From the NCBI GenBank assembly GCA_934402515.1, contig CAKRTZ010000001.1:368-64367 (forward strand): a stretch of 64,000 nucleotides of DNA, read 5' to 3'. The stretch's first letter is position 1. Every line of letters begins with the position of its first letter. The position numbers and the translations under genes were made by a program. Of this stretch, positions 62,825 to 64,000 are shown piece after piece. Origin of the DNA: an uncultured Lachnospiraceae bacterium (GTDB lineage: Bacteria; Bacillota; Clostridia; Lachnospirales; Lachnospiraceae). The notes beneath the pieces are model-generated. The model saw only the letters and a list, made by a program, of their open reading frames with translations. It ran no database searches and was not told the DNA's origin.

Positions 62825-63523
62825 TTATTGTTTCTCCACCTTATATCCCACTCCCCATACCACTTTCAAATAACGGGGTTCCTTGGGATTAATCTCAATT
62901 TTTTCACGAATATGACGAATATGTACCGCCACGGTATTGTCAGCACCAATCGCATCCTCGTTCCAGATACTCTCATAGATCTGATCAATGGAAAAAACCC
63001 GCCCCTGATTTTTTACTAAAAGAAGCAGAATATTATACTCAATAGGTGTCAGTTTCACACTTTCTCCATCCACCGTCACTTCCTTGGTATCATCATTGAT
63101 CACCAGTCCGCCGGCCTGATAGATCTCCTCCTTGATGTCCTGGTTTCCTCTGCTGCCCAGGCTGGTATACCGTCGAAGATTAGACTTTACCCTTGCAACC
63201 AGTTCCAGTGGATTAAAGGGTTTGGTCATATAGTCGTCTGCCCCGATATTTAATCCCAGAATTTTATCCGCGTCCTCTGACTTGGCAGACAGAAAGATGA
63301 TGGGAATGCTGCTTGTCTCCCGAATTTTTAATGTGGCATGGATGCCATCCAAGCGAGGCATCATAATATCAATAATCAAAAGCTGGATGTCGTTTTTCTG
63401 CAGTTCGGCAATGGCCTGTTCCCCATCATAGGCCTTGATAACCTCATATCCTTCCTGCGTGAGATAAATCTCAATAGCATCCACAATTTCTTTATCATCA
63501 TCACAAACTAAAATCTGTGTCAT
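62825..63523 (-). CDS. OmpR-family response regulator
   Basis: Receiver domain (ILVCDDD...LLIIDIMMPRLDG) and winged helix (LTPIEYNILLLL...YLKVVWGVGYKVE). Confidence 0.9.
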   Translation of the reverse strand: MTQILVCDDDKEIVDAIEIYLTQEGYEVIKAYDGEQAIAELQKNDIQLLIIDIMMPRLDGIHATLKIRETSSIPIIFLSAKSEDADKILGLNIGADDYMTKPFNPLELVARVKSNLRRYTSLGSRGNQDIKEEIYQAGGLVINDDTKEVTVDGESVKLTPIEYNILLLLVKNQGRVFSIDQIYESIWNEDAIGADNTVAVHIRHIREKIEINPKEPRYLKVVWGVGYKVEKQ

Positions 63524-63602
63524 TGCTTTTCACACACTCCTTCCCAGTTTTCACTATACCCCGAAAACCTTAAACTGTCATGGGAGTTTCTTTAAAAATC
63601 CC

Positions 63603-64000
63603 TTAATTTTCCTCTCTCAATTTCAAAAATGCCCCCAGATTTCCCCGTTTTCCCTGGGTCGCCCGGTGGGAAAACAGATACTGCGGGTTACAGCAGGTGC
63701 AGATATCCGTGATTTCCAGATGTTCCGGCAGGACACCCGCATCCGTGAGGACCACCCGGTTTGCCTCCCATAAATTAAGCTGCCACTTCTGTCCTTCCTC
63801 TGATGCCCTGCCCTTTTTCAGGATAACATCCTCATGCCCTGCAAACTCTGTCCGAAACTCCTCTGCCACATCTGCGCTTACCTCGTAACAGTCCTGACAG
63901 ATGGAAGGGCCAATGGCACACAGCACTTCCTCCGGTCTGGTGCCGAAAGCCTCTTTCATGGCTGACAGGGTCTTTTCTCCCATCCGTTTCACGGTGCCTC
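63603..64000 (-). CDS. pgeF: YfiH/PgeF-family (laccase-domain, peptidoglycan editing factor) protein; the N-terminus lies outside the window
   Basis: C-terminal motifs: IGPSICQDCYEV, DICTCCNPQYLFSHR and RGNLGAF. The frame is open to the window edge. Confidence 0.75.
   Translation of the reverse strand, partial: GTVKRMGEKTLSAMKEAFGTRPEEVLCAIGPSICQDCYEVSADVAEEFRTEFAGHEDVILKKGRASEEGQKWQLNLWEANRVVLTDAGVLPEHLEITDICTCCNPQYLFSHRATQGKRGNLGAFLKLREEN

Noticed and set aside
1-64000. CRISPR arrays, rRNA/tRNA genes, IS elements, prophage structural genes and known multi-gene defence systems
   Set aside because: I saw no regularly spaced direct repeats, no tRNA cloverleaf other than the tmRNA tRNA-like domain, no transposase or integrase ORF, and no recognisable restriction-modification, Cas, CBASS, Thoeris or retron components among the translated ORFs.

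Overview
This is a chromosomal segment from a spore-forming Firmicute of the class Clostridia. Gene content and order resemble Lachnospiraceae-type gut anaerobes, but the taxon is an inference. I call 53 protein genes (49 on the minus strand), 1 pseudogene stub, 1 tmRNA and 1 T-box leader. I saw no rRNA, tRNA, CRISPR array, transposase or integrase.

Layout, left to right:
- 1-2761: a visibly AT-richer accessory islet holding toxin-antitoxin pieces, a JAB-only RadC-like gene and a TIGR02391-like ORF. It abuts the 3' end of ssrA (2762-3106).
- The conserved secG-rnr-smpB-ssrA block, an Opp/Dpp-type peptide ABC operon, then eno, proB and nudC.
- A YtrA-type GntR/ABC module whose -35 box sits inside an exact AGTGTA-N13-TACACT inverted repeat.
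- A DUF1538 membrane protein plus a tandem P-II-like protein, and an orphan GerA/SpoVAF-family gene.
- nrdD-nrdG-dut.
- A nearly gapless seven-gene array joining nucleoside-salvage enzymes (punA, cdd, mtaD-like) to a membrane MutS-like ATPase, an RNase H1-type protein, a YjjG-type HAD nucleotidase and a WYL regulator.
- spoIVA, a GGDEF-EAL protein, and a Tyr T-box-tyrS-aldolase unit.
- A Gram-positive glycan-utilisation locus: AraC-type response regulator, histidine kinase, a kinase-coupled solute-binding protein, a sugar ABC transporter and two large GH94-like phosphorylase-family proteins.
- der-plsY-gpsA, a long Prs-family protein, an OmpR/HK pair and a partial pgeF.

Nothing here can be shown to be novel from sequence reading alone. 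The loci most worth follow-up are the MutS-like/RNase H1/HAD/WYL block embedded in nucleotide metabolism, the tandem GH94-like phosphorylase locus with its SBP-coupled sensor, the DUF1538/P-II pair, and the ssrA-adjacent islet.
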